Notes: a model not told the origin generated them from the sequence alone. A stretch of 63,518 nucleotides of DNA, filler included, from Octopus bimaculoides (GCF_001194135.2; 6 parts of 5 records of this genome joined end to end with filler, not necessarily neighbours in it), one strand, 5' to 3'; shown: positions 13,640 through 27,130, counted from the first letter of the whole stretch. Numbers and translations: made by a program.

Positions 13640-13766
13640 TATTCTTATACAAGAATGTTCTTGACAAGAATTTCGAAGCTTCAGTCAGCTAAGCAAACGT
13701 CGACGATGACTTAGTCGGTCGAAACTTCTTCAAAGTCACTGTCAAGAACATTCTTGCATAGGAATA
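13640..13766. other. Imperfect palindrome centred on a degenerate hammerhead core
   Basis: 27-bp arms 13640-13666 and 13740-13766 pair at 25/27. The centre reads TCGACGA-T-GAC-TTAGTCG-GTC-GAAAC...GTC. Confidence 0.6.
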
Positions 13767-13840
13767 ATAAATTTGTGCTCTACAAAAGTATAGAGGAACT
13801 TTCCAGATTAATGTAAAATTGTTTTTATTATAACTGAACA

Positions 13841-14055
13841 TAAAGCGGCGAGCTAGCTGAATCGTCAGCACGTCGAGCAAAATGCTTAGCGGCATTTTTT
13901 TCTGTCTCTATGTTCTGGGTTCAACTTCCACCGAGGTCGATTCTGCCTTTCATCCATTCGGAGTCGATGAAATTAGTACCAGTTGGGTACTGGGGTCGAT
14001 GTAATCGACTTACTCCTCCCCGAAATTGCTGGCCTTGTGCCATAATTTGAAACCT
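13841..14055 (+). mobile_element. Nin/Deu-domain SINE (family 2), full length
   Basis: tRNA-like head (B-box GGTTCAACTTCC), Nin core, and 13-bp TSD TTATAACTGAACA (13828-13840, 14056-14068). Confidence 0.88.
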
Positions 14056-15075
14056 TTATAACTGAACACAAAAACAAACATTAATACATGCATACATATG
14101 TTATGTATTATACACACACAAATGCATATATATATATATANNNNNNNNNNNNNNNNNNNNNNNNNNNNNNNNNNNNNNNNNNNNNNNNNNNNNNNNNNNN
14201 NNNNNNNNNNNNNNNNNNNNNNNNNNNNNNNNNNNNNNNNNNNNNNNNNNNNNNNNNNNNNNNNNNNNNNNNNNNNNNNNNNNNNNNNNNNNNNNNNNNN
14301 NNNNNNNNNNNNNNNNNNNNNNNNNNNNNNNNNNNNNNNNNNNNNNNNNNNNNNNNNNNNNNNNNNNNNNNNNNNNNNNNNNNNNNNNNNNNNNNNNNNN
14401 NNNNNNNNNNNNNNNNNNNNNNNNNNNNNNNNNNNNNNNNNNNNNNNNNNNNNNNNNNNNNNNNNNNNNNNNNNNNNNNNNNNNNNNNNNNNNNNNNNNN
14501 NNNNNNNNNNNNNNNNNNNNNNNNNNNNNNNNNNNNNNNNNNNNNNNNNNNNNNNNNNNNNNNNNNNNNNNNNNNNNNNNNNNNNNNNNNNNNNNNNNNN
14601 NNNNNNNNNNNNNNNNNNNNNNNNNNNNNNNNNNNNNNNNNNNNNNNNNNNNNNNNNNNNNNNNNNNNNNNNNNNNNNNNNNNNNNNNNNNNNNNNNNNN
14701 NNNNNNNNNNNNNNNNNNNNNNNNNNNNNNNNNNNNNNNNNNNNNNNNNNNNNNNNNNNNNNNNNNNNNNNNNNNNNNNNNNNNNNNNNNNNNNNNNNNN
14801 NNNNNNNNNNNNNNNNNNNNNNNNNNNNNNNNNNNNNNNNNNNNNNNNNNNNNNNNNNNNNNNNNNNNNNNNNNNNNNNNNNNNNNNNNNNNNNNNNNNN
14901 NNNNNNNNNNNNNNNNNNNNNNNNNNNNNNNNNNNNNNNNNNNNNNNNNNNNNNNNNNNNNNNNNNNNNNNNNNNNNNNNNNNNNNNNNNNNNNNNNNNN
15001 NNNNNNNNNNNNNNNNNNNNNNNNNNNNNNNNNNNNNNNNNNNNNNNNNNNNNNNNNNNNNNNNNNNNNNNNNNN

Positions 15076-15359
15076 TCTCTTTGCCGAACCGCAAAGTTAC
15101 GGGGACATAAACACACCAGCATCGGTTGTCAAGCGATGTTGGGGGGACAAACACAGACACACAAACACATATATACATACATATATATATATACATATAC
15201 ACGACGGGCTTCTCTCAGTTTCCGTCTACCAAATCCACTCACAAGGCTTTGGTCGGCCCGAGGCTATAGTAGAAGACACTTGCCCAAGATGCCACGCAGT
15301 GGGACTGAACCCGGGACCATGTGGTTGGTAAGCAAGCTACTTACCACACAGCCACTCCT
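15076..15359 (-). mobile_element. tRNA-headed SINE family 1, 5' part (3' end lost in gap)
   Basis: Reverse complement starts AGGAGTGGCTGTGTGGTAAG...GGTTCAGTCCC (A/B boxes); matches 16300-16568. Confidence 0.88.
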
Positions 15360-15806
15360 ACGCTATTGTTTCGACAATATTACGTTTATTCGGTCAAACT
15401 TACCTTCAGATCAAAAAATCCAAAAAATAGTGCTCGTTCTTATTTATACAAATAAGCAAAGAAATTATTTGCTGATGCGTGCCGGCGACTGCCCGTTCGG
15501 CAATAAACTATTATGTGCACATAAAACGGACAGAATCAAACCGATGATGTACATGTTCATTCTTAATATGGTCCGGTTGATTTGAACTTAAAAATGTCAA
15601 TCGGTGTTATATCACGCTTTCGGAAACAACTTTCGCCTTTTAGACGATTGTTGCACACTCGATTCATTGACGCGCAGACCAATGCTCAGTCGATAAATCT
15701 TGTAGATGGAAATTGTGTGGACAATGATGTTAATGCTGACGCTACTGTTGTTGATGTTGCTGCTGCCGCTGTTGCTGCTGCTGTTGATGATGACGATGAC
15801 GATGAC

Positions 15807-15852
<46 letters not shown>

Positions 15853-15938
15853 AAGACAATGAAGATGATGAGCAATACTGACAATACTCTAAACAGAAAA
15901 CATTTTAGTTATATGTTGAACTCTCATTACGATGGAAC

Positions 15939-16012
<74 letters not shown>

Positions 16013-16107
16013 AGGGGCATGCACAAACATATACTCTCCAATATTTATGCATAGACAGACAGACAGATAGAAGACGTTTCTCTCCTTGTTTCTTTCTGTG
16101 TTCCTTT

Positions 16108-16140
16108 CTGTGGAAGAGCGTAGGCTCGAAACGTTTAAGA
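16108..16140 (+). ncRNA. Minimal type I hammerhead-like motif with variant core (CUGUGGA)
   Basis: CTGTGGA-A-GAGC-GTAG-GCTC-GAA-ACGT-T: 4-bp stem II, GAAA, palindromic stem III. The canonical A6 is replaced by U. Confidence 0.45.
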
Positions 16141-16182
16141 CTTCTTCAATTCCCGAGCGTTATACTAATACTCTTTTAGTCC

Positions 16183-16568
16183 CTTTTACTTGTTTCAGTC
16201 ATTTGACTGTGGCCATGCTGGAGCACCGCCTTTAGTCGAGCAAATCGACCCTAGGACTTATTCTTTGTAAGCCTAGTACTTATTCTATAGGGCTTTTCCG
16301 CCGAACCGCTAAGTTACGGGGACGTGAACACACCAGCATCGGTTGTCAAGCGATGTTGGGGGGGACAAACAGACGCACAAACATATATACACACATATAT
16401 ATACATATATACGATGGTCTTCTTTCAGTTTCGTCTACCAAATCCACTCACAAGGCTTTGATCGGCCCGAGGTTATAGCAGAAGACACTTGCCCAAGGTG
16501 CCACGCAGTAGGACTGAACCCGGAACCATGTGGTTCGTAAGCAAGCTACTTACTACACAGCCACTCCT
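16183..16568 (-). mobile_element. tRNA-headed SINE family 1, full length
   Basis: A/B boxes at the 16568 end and an internal (AC/AT) microsatellite; matches 47301-47696 in the opposite orientation. Confidence 0.9.
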
Positions 16569-16620
16569 TCTACACCACCTGTCTTCGTCTGTTGTTGTTG
16601 TTTTTTTGTGAATTCTCCCT

Positions 16621-16692
<72 letters not shown>

Positions 16693-17115
16693 GTAGGTAG
16701 GTGTTATCAATTCTTTACTTTTATTCCACAAAACAGTTTATTTCGGTGATTAAAATCCCTCATCAATTTTCGCAAGAAAATTATGAACAAATCCTATATA
16801 TTCTGCATGTAAATAGCTTTGAGTTAGTTGGAATTGTTGATCCTCTAGTTGAATAACTAGGTTTTCAAGACAATATACATAAATATATGTGTGTGTATGT
16901 GCGTGTATGTGCGTGTGTATGTATGTATGCATGTATGCATGCATGTGTGTATATATCACCGTCAACCCCAATATAATTATTGCTGTTGTCATTATTATTA
17001 TTATTATTATTATTATTCTCATATCATTTAGGTCTTCATACCTGTACAATACACTTTAAAATTCCTCTTCTTCTTCTTCTTCTTATGATACAATTTCATG
17101 TGTGTGTGTGTTTGT

Positions 17116-17203
<88 letters not shown>

Positions 17204-17358
17204 GGGTGATGCTGTATTGTCATTTGTAAATATATACACATTTACTCTTGCACAAATTGATAGATAGATACACTGACGGATAGAATGACAGACAGACAGA
17301 CAGACAGACACACAGACAGACAGACAGACACACAGACACACAGACAGACAGACAGACG

Positions 17359-17410
<52 letters not shown>

Positions 17411-17803
17411 TTTAGGGAATATCTGCATATTCGTTTGTGTGTGCGCCCACTGATGTAGCGTGTGTGCGTGCGTGTGTGTGTGTGTGTGTGGGTGTCGTAT
17501 GCGTGTGTGTGTATGCGTGTGTGTGTATGTGTGTGTCTGTATCCGTGTGCATGTGTCCGTGTGTTTGGAGAGAGAGAGAGAAGGGGAGGTCGGGGAGAGG
17601 AGGTAATGGCTGTTGTACAAATGCGTATTTTCTCTTATAACATTGATATCATTTGATCATTATCTTTACCACCAACACCACCACCACCATTGATACCATC
17701 GGCACCACAGCCATCGCCTTAACTTTCCCAAGTTCATTCCATCTCTTTCTAATCCGCAGTCACCCTCTCACACTATCATACTTTCTCTCATACACGCTCT
17801 CTC

Positions 17804-17852
<49 letters not shown>

Positions 17853-17952
17853 NNNNNNNNNNNNNNNNNNNNNNNNNNNNNNNNNNNNNNNNNNNNTTAA
17901 TTAATTAANNNNNNNNNNNNNNNNNNNNNNNNNNNNNNNNNNNNNNNNNNNN
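17853..17952. other. Artificial scaffold linker N44-TTAATTAATTAA-N44
   Basis: 100-bp block; the palindromic 12-mer (17897-17908) puts stops in all six frames. Confidence 0.95.
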
Positions 17953-18579
17953 TATATATATATATATATATCTATATATATATATTTATTTATTTATTTA
18001 TTTATTTCTACATATATATACACACACACACACTTACACATATATATACATACATGCATACATATATAAATGCACACACACACATACTTATGTAGGCTTT
18101 TATGATCTCTATCTATTATTTTGTTGGTCTACTAATCATATGGCAAAAAATACTTTCATATATGTATTTTGTGTTATAAATTACATTTTTTCCATTGTTT
18201 TATTCCTAATTTATCTTATTTGTCTTGATTCCGTTACTTCTGTTTCTTAGATTTCAATACTTACTTTTATTCTCTTTTGTTATCTTCTTTTATTATTTAG
18301 TTAAAGATAATTTCTATTTGATGCAATTTAAGTCTGCAGCACTGGAGGCACTATATTTAGTCTTAACAACATATTTATTGATTCTCAGCATTTGCTGGTC
18401 ACAGTAACCAAATACATATCTACATAATGAAAATCTATATCATTATTTTACTTCACTAATTTTCATGTACTTAAATTCAGTAACACATACATCAGCATAT
18501 GTATATGCACTTATAACACAATTACATTCATAAATATATAATTACTCTTATGTCATACCTGCATCATATATATCCTTAA

Positions 18580-18620
<41 letters not shown>

Positions 18621-19789
18621 TCCATGCACATATATATTAACTAATTAATTATGCACTAAACAGTGGTCATTCTCTGATATCTATAGTGTAGTGAAAACAA
18701 AAGGATTTTCTCATATTTTATTCCTTTAACATTAGACTGATATATTCAAATTTTAAATTCTGATTAAAATTCATTTCTTCATTATTTTACATTAACTCAA
18801 GGATTTTTACCCTCATTTAATTTGCTTTACCATTATAAATTTAACATCTTTCTTACATGTTAATTTTTGCTTTCCATGATGCTTCAATTTCCTTATAATT
18901 ATTAACTGTTCACAAGTTGGACAAAATTCTTAGCAGTATGTTTTCTGAATCTTTACATTCACAGTACAAATTCCTCTGAGATCAATTTTGATTTTCATTC
19001 ATTTGAAGTCAGAAAAATAATTACCAGTTTAATACTGGTATCAATAAGATTGACAAGGCCTTTCCCACAAAAATTTCTGGCCTTGTGCCTATAGTAGAAA
19101 GGATTCTTCTTATAATAATAATTATTATTTGGTGAAAACTCTCAGCTTATTTTGCTGGGTATGATGGAAAGTGTCAGCTGTCCACAGCCAGCAGACTAGA
19201 GTGACACTTGCTTACTGTTCATGCTTCAAGAACCCTGCAGAGAATTCTTGCAGTTCCAAGCAATGAAGATTTTTGTTGGTGTTTTATCTTTACATTTGTA
19301 CCAATCTTTTTAAGCTATGCTGGTAGCTGAATGCTGATACTTCCAAGCATGCCAATTACTACTGGCTTCATGTCCACACTCTTCATTACCCACAACCTGC
19401 TTATTTCCCACTTCAAATCATCATAGTTGTTCACTTTTTCTTCTTTTTTTTCAATCCTGTTGTCACCAGGACATGCTATGTCAATTATCAGGCATGTTTT
19501 TATTTTTTTATTTTCTCTTCACCACAAATGTCAGGTTTCCAATATTATTCATTGTCTCTGGAGCAAGAGGACACTTGTTCATGGCTCATGAGTTTTCTTT
19601 AAAATTTTTTGATGTTTTATTAATTGGTATTCCAAATTTTGTTGAATTGCTAACTAAATAACCCAGTTCACTGCAAGTGAGGTGAACTGGCTTGATGAGA
19701 ATTTGTCTTTTGAGGGTGAATCTTGGCATTTAAAACTGAAAATTTAATATTTCTAATCAAAAAATATCAATATGGCTTCCCAAATCGAA

Positions 19790-21310
19790 TGAAGTGACAG
19801 TTGTTGGAACAGCCATTCTGACATTGTTTACCTACCAGGAGTTGATGTGGTCAAGAAATGAAGCACAGACAACAGCAGCAACAAAAACAACAGCAGCAAC
19901 AGCAACAGAAACAGCAGCAACAACCATGATATATTTAAGAATGACCCAAGTATGAACTCCATCACCATCCCCAATACCACCACCACCACTACCATTACTA
20001 CCACTATTACCATTGCCACCACTAACACAAACATTAATGAAATGACAACAGGAGCCATTCTTATTTCTAAGCAGAATGGGAATGGTTTTGCTCAAGCTTG
20101 TCAGCAAATAGAGGTTGAATAGACACAAAAAATATTGAGTGAAGCCAAACCACACTGAACAAATAATGGCAGAACAGTCTCCCTTAATACAGCAGAGAAA
20201 TTGCAGGAAGACACTAAGAGAAAAACTATATATAAATGTATTTTGTTAAAGACATTGAGACTGAGGCAAGCAACACAGGCCTAGATAAAAAATTGCCTGA
20301 AACTGGTCTGGGGCTTAAAATTTATGTCTCCCATGGAAGATGCTTTGGCACAGTTGAGGTAAGATTCTCAACTGAAGAATTTGTCAAAAGAAATGCAACA
20401 ACAACCCTCAAAAGTGAGGAATTATGGCTAATTATGACATACTGCAGTTGGGTTGTTTTCAAAATAAAGGTAGCAGAAGTGTCATCAGAAGTGAACATCT
20501 CTTTGCTAGTGGCAGACAGCATAGAGTACAAAGCAAAAATTCTGCAAGTTTACAAAATGGAAAAAGAAAAATGGTCAGGCATGGGCATGGAATTGTGGAT
20601 TCACACCCATCTGCTCAATATCGAATTCATTCCTGATCTGATCAACCTTTCTACTCGTAGCAGAAGAGAGCAGAAAGCCACAATGCAACATTTGTGGTGA
20701 ATAAACCATTTCTGTCTCATGCAAACAAAAGGGAAAACCCTTTTGCTGCAGACACCTCTAACACAACAATAACAGCATCAAAAAGAGCTGCAGCAGCACC
20801 AACAACAACAACAGTTGCAAAAAGCATCAGTGCAAAAAGCAGCCGCATCCAAAACAACAGCAGTATCAACAGAAAGAGCAGCAGGAAAGATCCATTCAAC
20901 AACCTCAGCATCAAGCACCAGTACTACACCCAAAGAAAACAATAACATCACGTACACAATCACAACCAAGAGATGCCTCACCCACTCCAGTCAGCCAGAC
21001 CACCAGCTAAAAAATGTGTGACTGTACATGTACAGACATACTTCTTCCCACTGCCACAGACTTTTCTGACTGCAAAAACCCATCCAGTCCTGAAAACCCA
21101 CCAGAATGGATCCTGTGAAAGAAAAAGGAAAAATAATTACAAAAGAAAAAGTGCAGTACAAGTCTAAAAATAAAGAGATTAGGGCAGGTGACACAGAAAC
21201 CAACAAACCATCTCACACCTGTATACCCAACACCAATTCAATTACAAACATTTCCAACAATAGAAATAGCACCAACATTCCAAACACTTCAACAAACAAA
21301 AACACATAGC
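19790..21310 (+). mobile_element. Decayed L1/Tx1-like ORF1 (RRM-like region, frameshifted CCHC knuckle, low-complexity tail)
   Basis: ORF 20236-20700 (GTVEVRFSTEEF...KIKVAEV) is followed by PQCNICGE*...NH...C, a frameshifted Cx2Cx4Hx4C. There are many stops and no ORF2 is seen. Confidence 0.5.
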
Positions 21311-21418
21311 AATCCAGACCAGTGACATGAACAGTACTCCTAATGCACTGCACGGCCATAGACACAAACAATAAGAATTTAATAAAACATTAAAAAATAC
21401 ACAGACATTATTCTAAAT

Positions 21419-24211
21419 CAGCGTTTCTCAACCTTTTTACATATCTCAAGGAACCCCTGCACAAAAAAAAAATTATATACCATANNNNNNNNNNNNNNNN
21501 NNNNNNNNNNNNNNNNNNNNNNNNNNNNNNNNNNNNNNNNNNNNNNNNNNNNNNNNNNNNNNNNNNNNNNNNNNNNNNNNNNNNNNNNNNNNNNNNNNNN
21601 NNNNNNNNNNNNNNNNNNNNNNNNNNNNNNNNNNNNNNNNNNNNNNNNNNNNNNNNNNNNNNNNNNNNNNNNNNNNNNNNNNNNNNNNNNNNNNNNNNNN
21701 NNNNNNNNNNNNNNNNNNNNNNNNNNNNNNTATATTGATAACTGGTTTAAGAAAAAATTAATACTTCTTTGTTAAATTCATTGGTAATACTAGATAAGAT
21801 TCATACTACTCATTTATGATTCCTCATCACACAAAAAAAAAATCTAAACTTAAACGTTAAAAATAAGTATAAGTTACCAGTAACATATACCTATAATGCA
21901 TAAATGTAAAAGGAATGAAAACAGATAATTGTGTATCAATTTATTATTTATTTATCCTTTTCTGCCAATGTTGAAAAGACAGAAGATAAATCAGGGAAAA
22001 ATGTACTGTGAATCAATAAATTATACAAGGAAATAATACTTTCAAAGCCATTTGATATAGTGAAATGTGCCTTTCTAATGTGAAACCTGTGCCTATCGTT
22101 TGCTATGTAAATACTTAATTCAAGGTCAAACACACAGATCTCATTTTCAATAGAAAGGAGATGATTTCTGTCTTTGCTCTTGATACTTGTTAAATAAGAA
22201 AAGGCATGTTCACACATGCAAAAGAGGTTGAAAACTGCAGCAATATATTTATTGCTTTCCTATGAATGGTAGGATACTCTTCTTTCACAGAAATCCAGAA
22301 CTTGTCCAGGGATAGATTTGTAAATTTTTGAGTGTACGATCACACTGTAGCTCTCACAAAGTTCTTCCTCTTCTTTTAATGTCAGGTTCTCAGGATGATC
22401 AGAAGATTCAGAGTATGGATCCCTCACCCAATCATATACCTGCGTTGAAAGGGAAGGAAAGTAATTTTCAATTCTGATATATAATACATCCAGGTGGAAT
22501 TCAATAAGATGTGAAATTTTCTGGTATCCCTTATTATTTTTAAGCTCATGAAGTAGGCAGAAACATCTCAAAATTTCCTTTTGCTACATGTTTTTTCTAC
22601 AGATTCACTTTCCTTTTAAATACAAGTGTTTTATCACTTGAAGCCAGTATATTTTCTCTGGAGCCTTGATCAGTTGATTCATGTGATGAAAAATATCTGA
22701 TAAGTAGCTTAGCCTCTGCAGCCATTTTTCATCTTCAAAGCACTTAGCAAAATTTTGCTTATTGGGTTCTTGAAAGTATTTCTGCAACTCATCTCTCAGC
22801 TCAAACACCCAATTTAAAACTTTTCCTCTACTCAGCCACCAGATTTCCATCTATAACAATAGATTTATATGTTCTTTGTCCAGTCTTTCACACAGTTTTC
22901 TAAACATTTTGGAGTGAACTGGTCTTTGTTTAATAAAGTTGACCATTTTTGAAGCAACGTCAAAAACCTTTTTCAATTCATCTCCAAGTGATTTTGAAAC
23001 CAAGACCTCTCTGTGAAGAAAGCAGTGTGTTGAGATTATATCAGGATTTTCTTGTTTTACAAAAGAAACAAAACCTTTTATGGAGCTAACCATTGACAGG
23101 GTGCCATCAGTACAAATGCCAACACAGTCCATCCAGGAGAGACCTCTTGTTTCCAGATATGAGGACAAAATGTTGAATGCATCTATTCCTTTGCTTGTCT
23201 CAGGCAGTTCTTGGCAGCATGGGAAATTTTATTGAATTTCACCTTCATTGACAAATCTTACAAAAGCTAATGACAATTATTGGTAAGATCTGTTGACTCA
23301 TCAACCTGAATAGGAAAACTGCTATTTTTCAATTTGTCATGCAAACCTCTTCAATGTCAAGTACCGTATCATCAATGCATCAACTTATTGTATTATCTGA
23401 AAGTGGAACATTTTCAATTTCTTGTTGTGCATTTTGCTCAAGCATTTTACTGACTATAATTTTACAGGCTGGTAATATTGAGTTCTCACTAACTGTGTGA
23501 TTTATTTCCTTTTCTGTGCAATAATTTCTGCTACCAAATAACTTGCTTCAAGAGCCTTTTCAGTGACACTAACTTTACTCGCAAAAGCTGTACTCTGTTT
23601 CTTCTGAGATTCCAACAACCTTTTAAAAAACTCTGCACTCTGACTTTTCATATGACTATGATTTGTTGTGAAGTGTCTTTTTAGTTTAGCTGGAGCAATT
23701 GCTGCATTTGAAAATTGTTTGCCACAGACGACACAGTGGAATAGGAGAACTTGAATCACCGGTCCACATGAAGCCCGTTGATAAGTAACTTTCATCATGA
23801 AAACAGATCTTTCATTCCATTGTTGAAATACTAGTGCTGTGGAATTGGTCAGGAGCTTGTGGCTCTTCATCAAAAGCCTCATCCAAATTTACTGAATGCT
23901 TCCTCTTCAAAACCTCCACATTGGGTTATTAGGTATTTCTGTAAAATTAAAGAAAAAAATACAGGGTGTCCATAAATTACACACATCACCAAATATATCC
24001 CCAATGGTTGTTATATTTTTTGGATAACATAATAGGTTAGATAGGATGATGTCTATATTACAATATTACAATAACTAATAAGATGTTGTGCATACATAAT
24101 AATATTATGATCATGAAATTAGCATTATCTTATTTCACTCTTTCTTGCACAACCCCTAGGAATCTTTTGCAGAACCCTAGGGTACCAGGGAACCCCGGTT
24201 GAGAAACACTG
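21419..24211 (-). mobile_element. hAT Buster/Charlie DNA transposon, full length but decayed
   Basis: 15-bp TIRs CAGCGTTTCTCAACC / GGTTGAGAAACACTG (1 mismatch). Flanks TTCTAAAT and CTTTAGGT share TA at positions 4-5 and differ only by transitions. Contains an internal transposase. Confidence 0.88.
21990..23880 (-). pseudogene. Buster/ZBED5-like hAT transposase, fragmented
   Basis: Consecutive ORFs carry a BED finger (CVVCGKQFSN...KLKRHFTTNH), CTDG, THCFLHRE, NFIKQRP and WLSRGKVL motifs, broken by stops and frameshifts. Confidence 0.9.
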
Positions 24212-24404
24212 CTTTAGGTGAATACATTGCATCCTCACATAACTCATATTCACATAAAAATTATTAAAACAATGTAACAAACTTACAACAGATTAAAAGC
24301 AAAATATCCCAAAGGAGTGGCAGATTTTCATGAGGCCATAAACAAGATTCTCTTCATTCTCCTTCTCTCTGACAAACATGTCTTTGCTCAGTATAGGCAG
24401 TATA

Positions 24405-24810
24405 AGTGCATGTGGCCTGGGATTGCCCTGGAAACAGAGCAACCTATTGAATGAACTCAAGTCACTAAGTTCAGGAGGCTGCACCAGGCCCCAGTCTGAT
24501 CTGGCAGTGTTTCTAATGCCAACCACTCCAAGAGTGTAGTGAGTGCTTTTTATGTGCCACCAGCATGGGGGCCAGTTAAGCAGTGCTGGTGTCGACCACG
24601 CTTATATGGTGCTTTTTACATGCCACCAGCATGCGAGCTAGTCTGGCAGCACTGGCATCGACTACACTCAAATGGTGCTTTTTACATGTCACCAGCATGG
24701 GTGCCAGTCAGGCGGGACTGGCATCGACCATGACAATGATTTCATTTGACTCAACAGGTCTTTTCAAGTACAGCATATTGCTCGACGATTGAAGGGTACA
24801 CTTAAATGGG
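24405..24810 (-). mobile_element. MESC/Meta-domain-type SINE with an internal 66-bp tandem repeat (x3)
   Basis: GTGCTTTTTA repeats at 24542, 24608 and 24674; similar to 25005-25168. Confidence 0.65.
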
Positions 24811-25004
24811 CCAAAATCCTTGAGACAAATTTTCTCATTCATTAATTTTAGAATTTCTCTGTATTTTTTCCACCCTTTCAGAATGTTATTTTGAATCTAT
24901 TTGTTTAATAATTAATAAATATTATCCCAGATTTAATTGATTAATAATCATTTATTTATTTTTTACTTAAAGGATCTAAAGAATTATTCTTGATTTAATT
25001 GTTT

Positions 25005-25168
25005 CATCATCATCATCATCATCGTTTAACGTCCGCTTTCCATGCTAGCATGGGTTGGACGATTTGACTGAGGACTGGTGAAACCGGATGGCAACACCAG
25101 GCTCCAGTCTGATTTGGCAGAGTTTCTACAGCTGGATGCCCTTCCTAACGCCAACCACTCAGAGAGTG
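25005..25168 (-). mobile_element. MESC/Meta-domain-type SINE 3' part with (CAT)n tail
   Basis: Contains GTTTCTACAGCTGGATGCCCTTCCTAACGCCAACC, the reverse complement of the GGTTGGCGTTAGGAAGGGCATCC core. A matching 3' end lies on + at 25860-25957. Confidence 0.7.
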
Positions 25169-25889
25169 TTTAATAATTAATAATTCGTTTAATAATAATT
25201 ATTAATTTATTTATGTGCAGATAAACACATGAGGATGAATGGAGGGACCCACCTGCTGCAGGCCTCTCCATTCCCCCTCACACACTTTCTATGCCTTCAC
25301 ATATCTACCATATCCCTCTCCCAGCCACCCCAATTTCTCTCATCATCACCTACTACAGCTACTTCTTTCCCATCTTTAACATCCCCCTTTGCACTGTTAT
25401 GGGACATCCCCCTCTATCTCCTCTCTGCCACTTATACTCACCCCCACTTTTCCCTGCAGGTAAGTCCCAATGCATCTGCAGCATCATCTATTTCTCTCAC
25501 TTTCTCTCTATCTATCTATCTATCTATCCATCCATCTATCTATTTAATCTATCTATCTATCTTTCTCTCTAACTCTATCTCTCCTTCCTCTCCTTTCTTT
25601 TCCTACTGATGTAGCCAAGTCTCTTCTTTATAGTAAGACAACTATCTCTGTGTCCTTGTTACACTCTAACCTTTCACCTCGCACAAAGTCATTTCCCTCA
25701 GTTCCACTTCCTCTCTTAGCTGAAAGGTCTTCATCTCACAAGTCGTTTGGTGATCCCACTGGTGTTTGTGCTCCACAAAAAGCCTCCAGTACATTCTGTA
25801 AACCATGCCAAAGCAGACACTGGAATTCTGTAACTTGCCAGTTCCTGTCAAACTGTCCAACCCATGCTAGCATTGAAGATGGACGTTAA

Positions 25890-25959
<70 letters not shown>

Positions 25960-26142
25960 GGAGGAGGAGGAGGAGGNNNNNNNNNNNNNNNNNNNNNNNN
26001 NNNNNNNNNNNNNNNNNNNNNNNNNNNNNNNNNNNNNNNNNNNNNNNNNNNNNNNNNNNNNNNNNNNNNNNNNNNNNNNNNNNNNNNNNNNNNNNNNNNN
26101 NNNNNNNNNNNNNNNNNNNNNNNNNNNNNNNNNNNNNNNNNN

Positions 26143-26190
<48 letters not shown>

Positions 26191-26239
26191 CATGTATGTT
26201 TTTGTGTATGTATGTTGTGAATCTGTGTGTGTGTATCTT

Positions 26240-26410
26240 TGGAGGCTTAGCAGCCTGAGGTTAGTCTTCTTAGGTCTCCCACTACCACAGGTTCTATGCA
26301 CTTTCAGATCGTTGCACGTCTTTGTACTTCAGTCATCCTCCCCACGCATCATCTTCTCATACTGGGACAGTCTCCTGTCTTGCATGTTAACATCTAATCG
26401 TTCATACATC
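26240..26410 (-). mobile_element. RTE LINE 3' fragment
   Basis: Minus strand reads RLSQYEKMMR...VHRTCGSGRPKKT, like the RTE C-terminal RLRWYGHV.R...GRGRPRKTW. Confidence 0.55.
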
Positions 26411-26779
26411 TAGATTCTGCCTCGTCTTTCTTCTTTTTTTTTCTCAGCTTTTTCGTATTTTTCTTGTTTATGCAATTTAACATTACACATCCAACATATC
26501 ATGTTCCTTTCCCATCATCATCATCAGCGACATCAGCATCATCACTGCTCCCCCCCCAACCACCACCATCACCATTCCCACCATTACAACTATTACCCAC
26601 ACAACTGCAACCACTACCACTCCTGTTATCACCACCACTGTCACATCCAGCATCATCATGTATACTGCCATCACCCCACCTCTCCCACTTCCACCACTGC
26701 TGTCTCCCCTAATCACCGGTGTTACTTCCCATCACCACTACCACCACTACCACCAACAACAACAACAACAATACCACCA

Positions 26780-27130
26780 CCAACATCACCACTGCCGCCT
26801 CCTACACTCATCATTATCACCTCTCCTCATCACTACTACAACCACCACCAACACTACTATCACCACCACTACTATCACCACCACCACCACTATCACTACC
26901 ACCACCTTCACAATCACTACTACCACCACAATCACCACCACCGCTATCACCACCACCACCACTATCACTACTACCACCTTCACAATCACTACTACCACCA
27001 CAATCACCACTACCACTATCACCACCACTACTATCACCATCACCACCACTATCACTACCACCACCTTCACAATCACTACTACCACCACAATCATCACCAC
27101 CATCCACCACCGCCATCACAATCACCACCA
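26780..27130. repeat. (CAC/TAC)n low-complexity tract with 72/87-bp higher-order repeat
   Basis: TATCACTAC(C/T)ACCACCTTCACAATCAC recurs at about 26891, 26963 and 27050. Confidence 0.85.

Noticed and set aside
14010-15585. Long ORFs of 200-495 aa spanning N runs (also at 51453-52578, 56002-56500)
   Set aside because: Their length comes from unknown bases.
17897-17908. TTAATTAATTAA as a homeodomain site or piggyBac TTAA array
   Set aside because: It is always centred in N44 flanks, so it is a synthetic linker.
24541-24740. 66-bp repeats as a CRISPR-like array
   Set aside because: The whole unit is repeated without unique spacers, inside a eukaryotic SINE.
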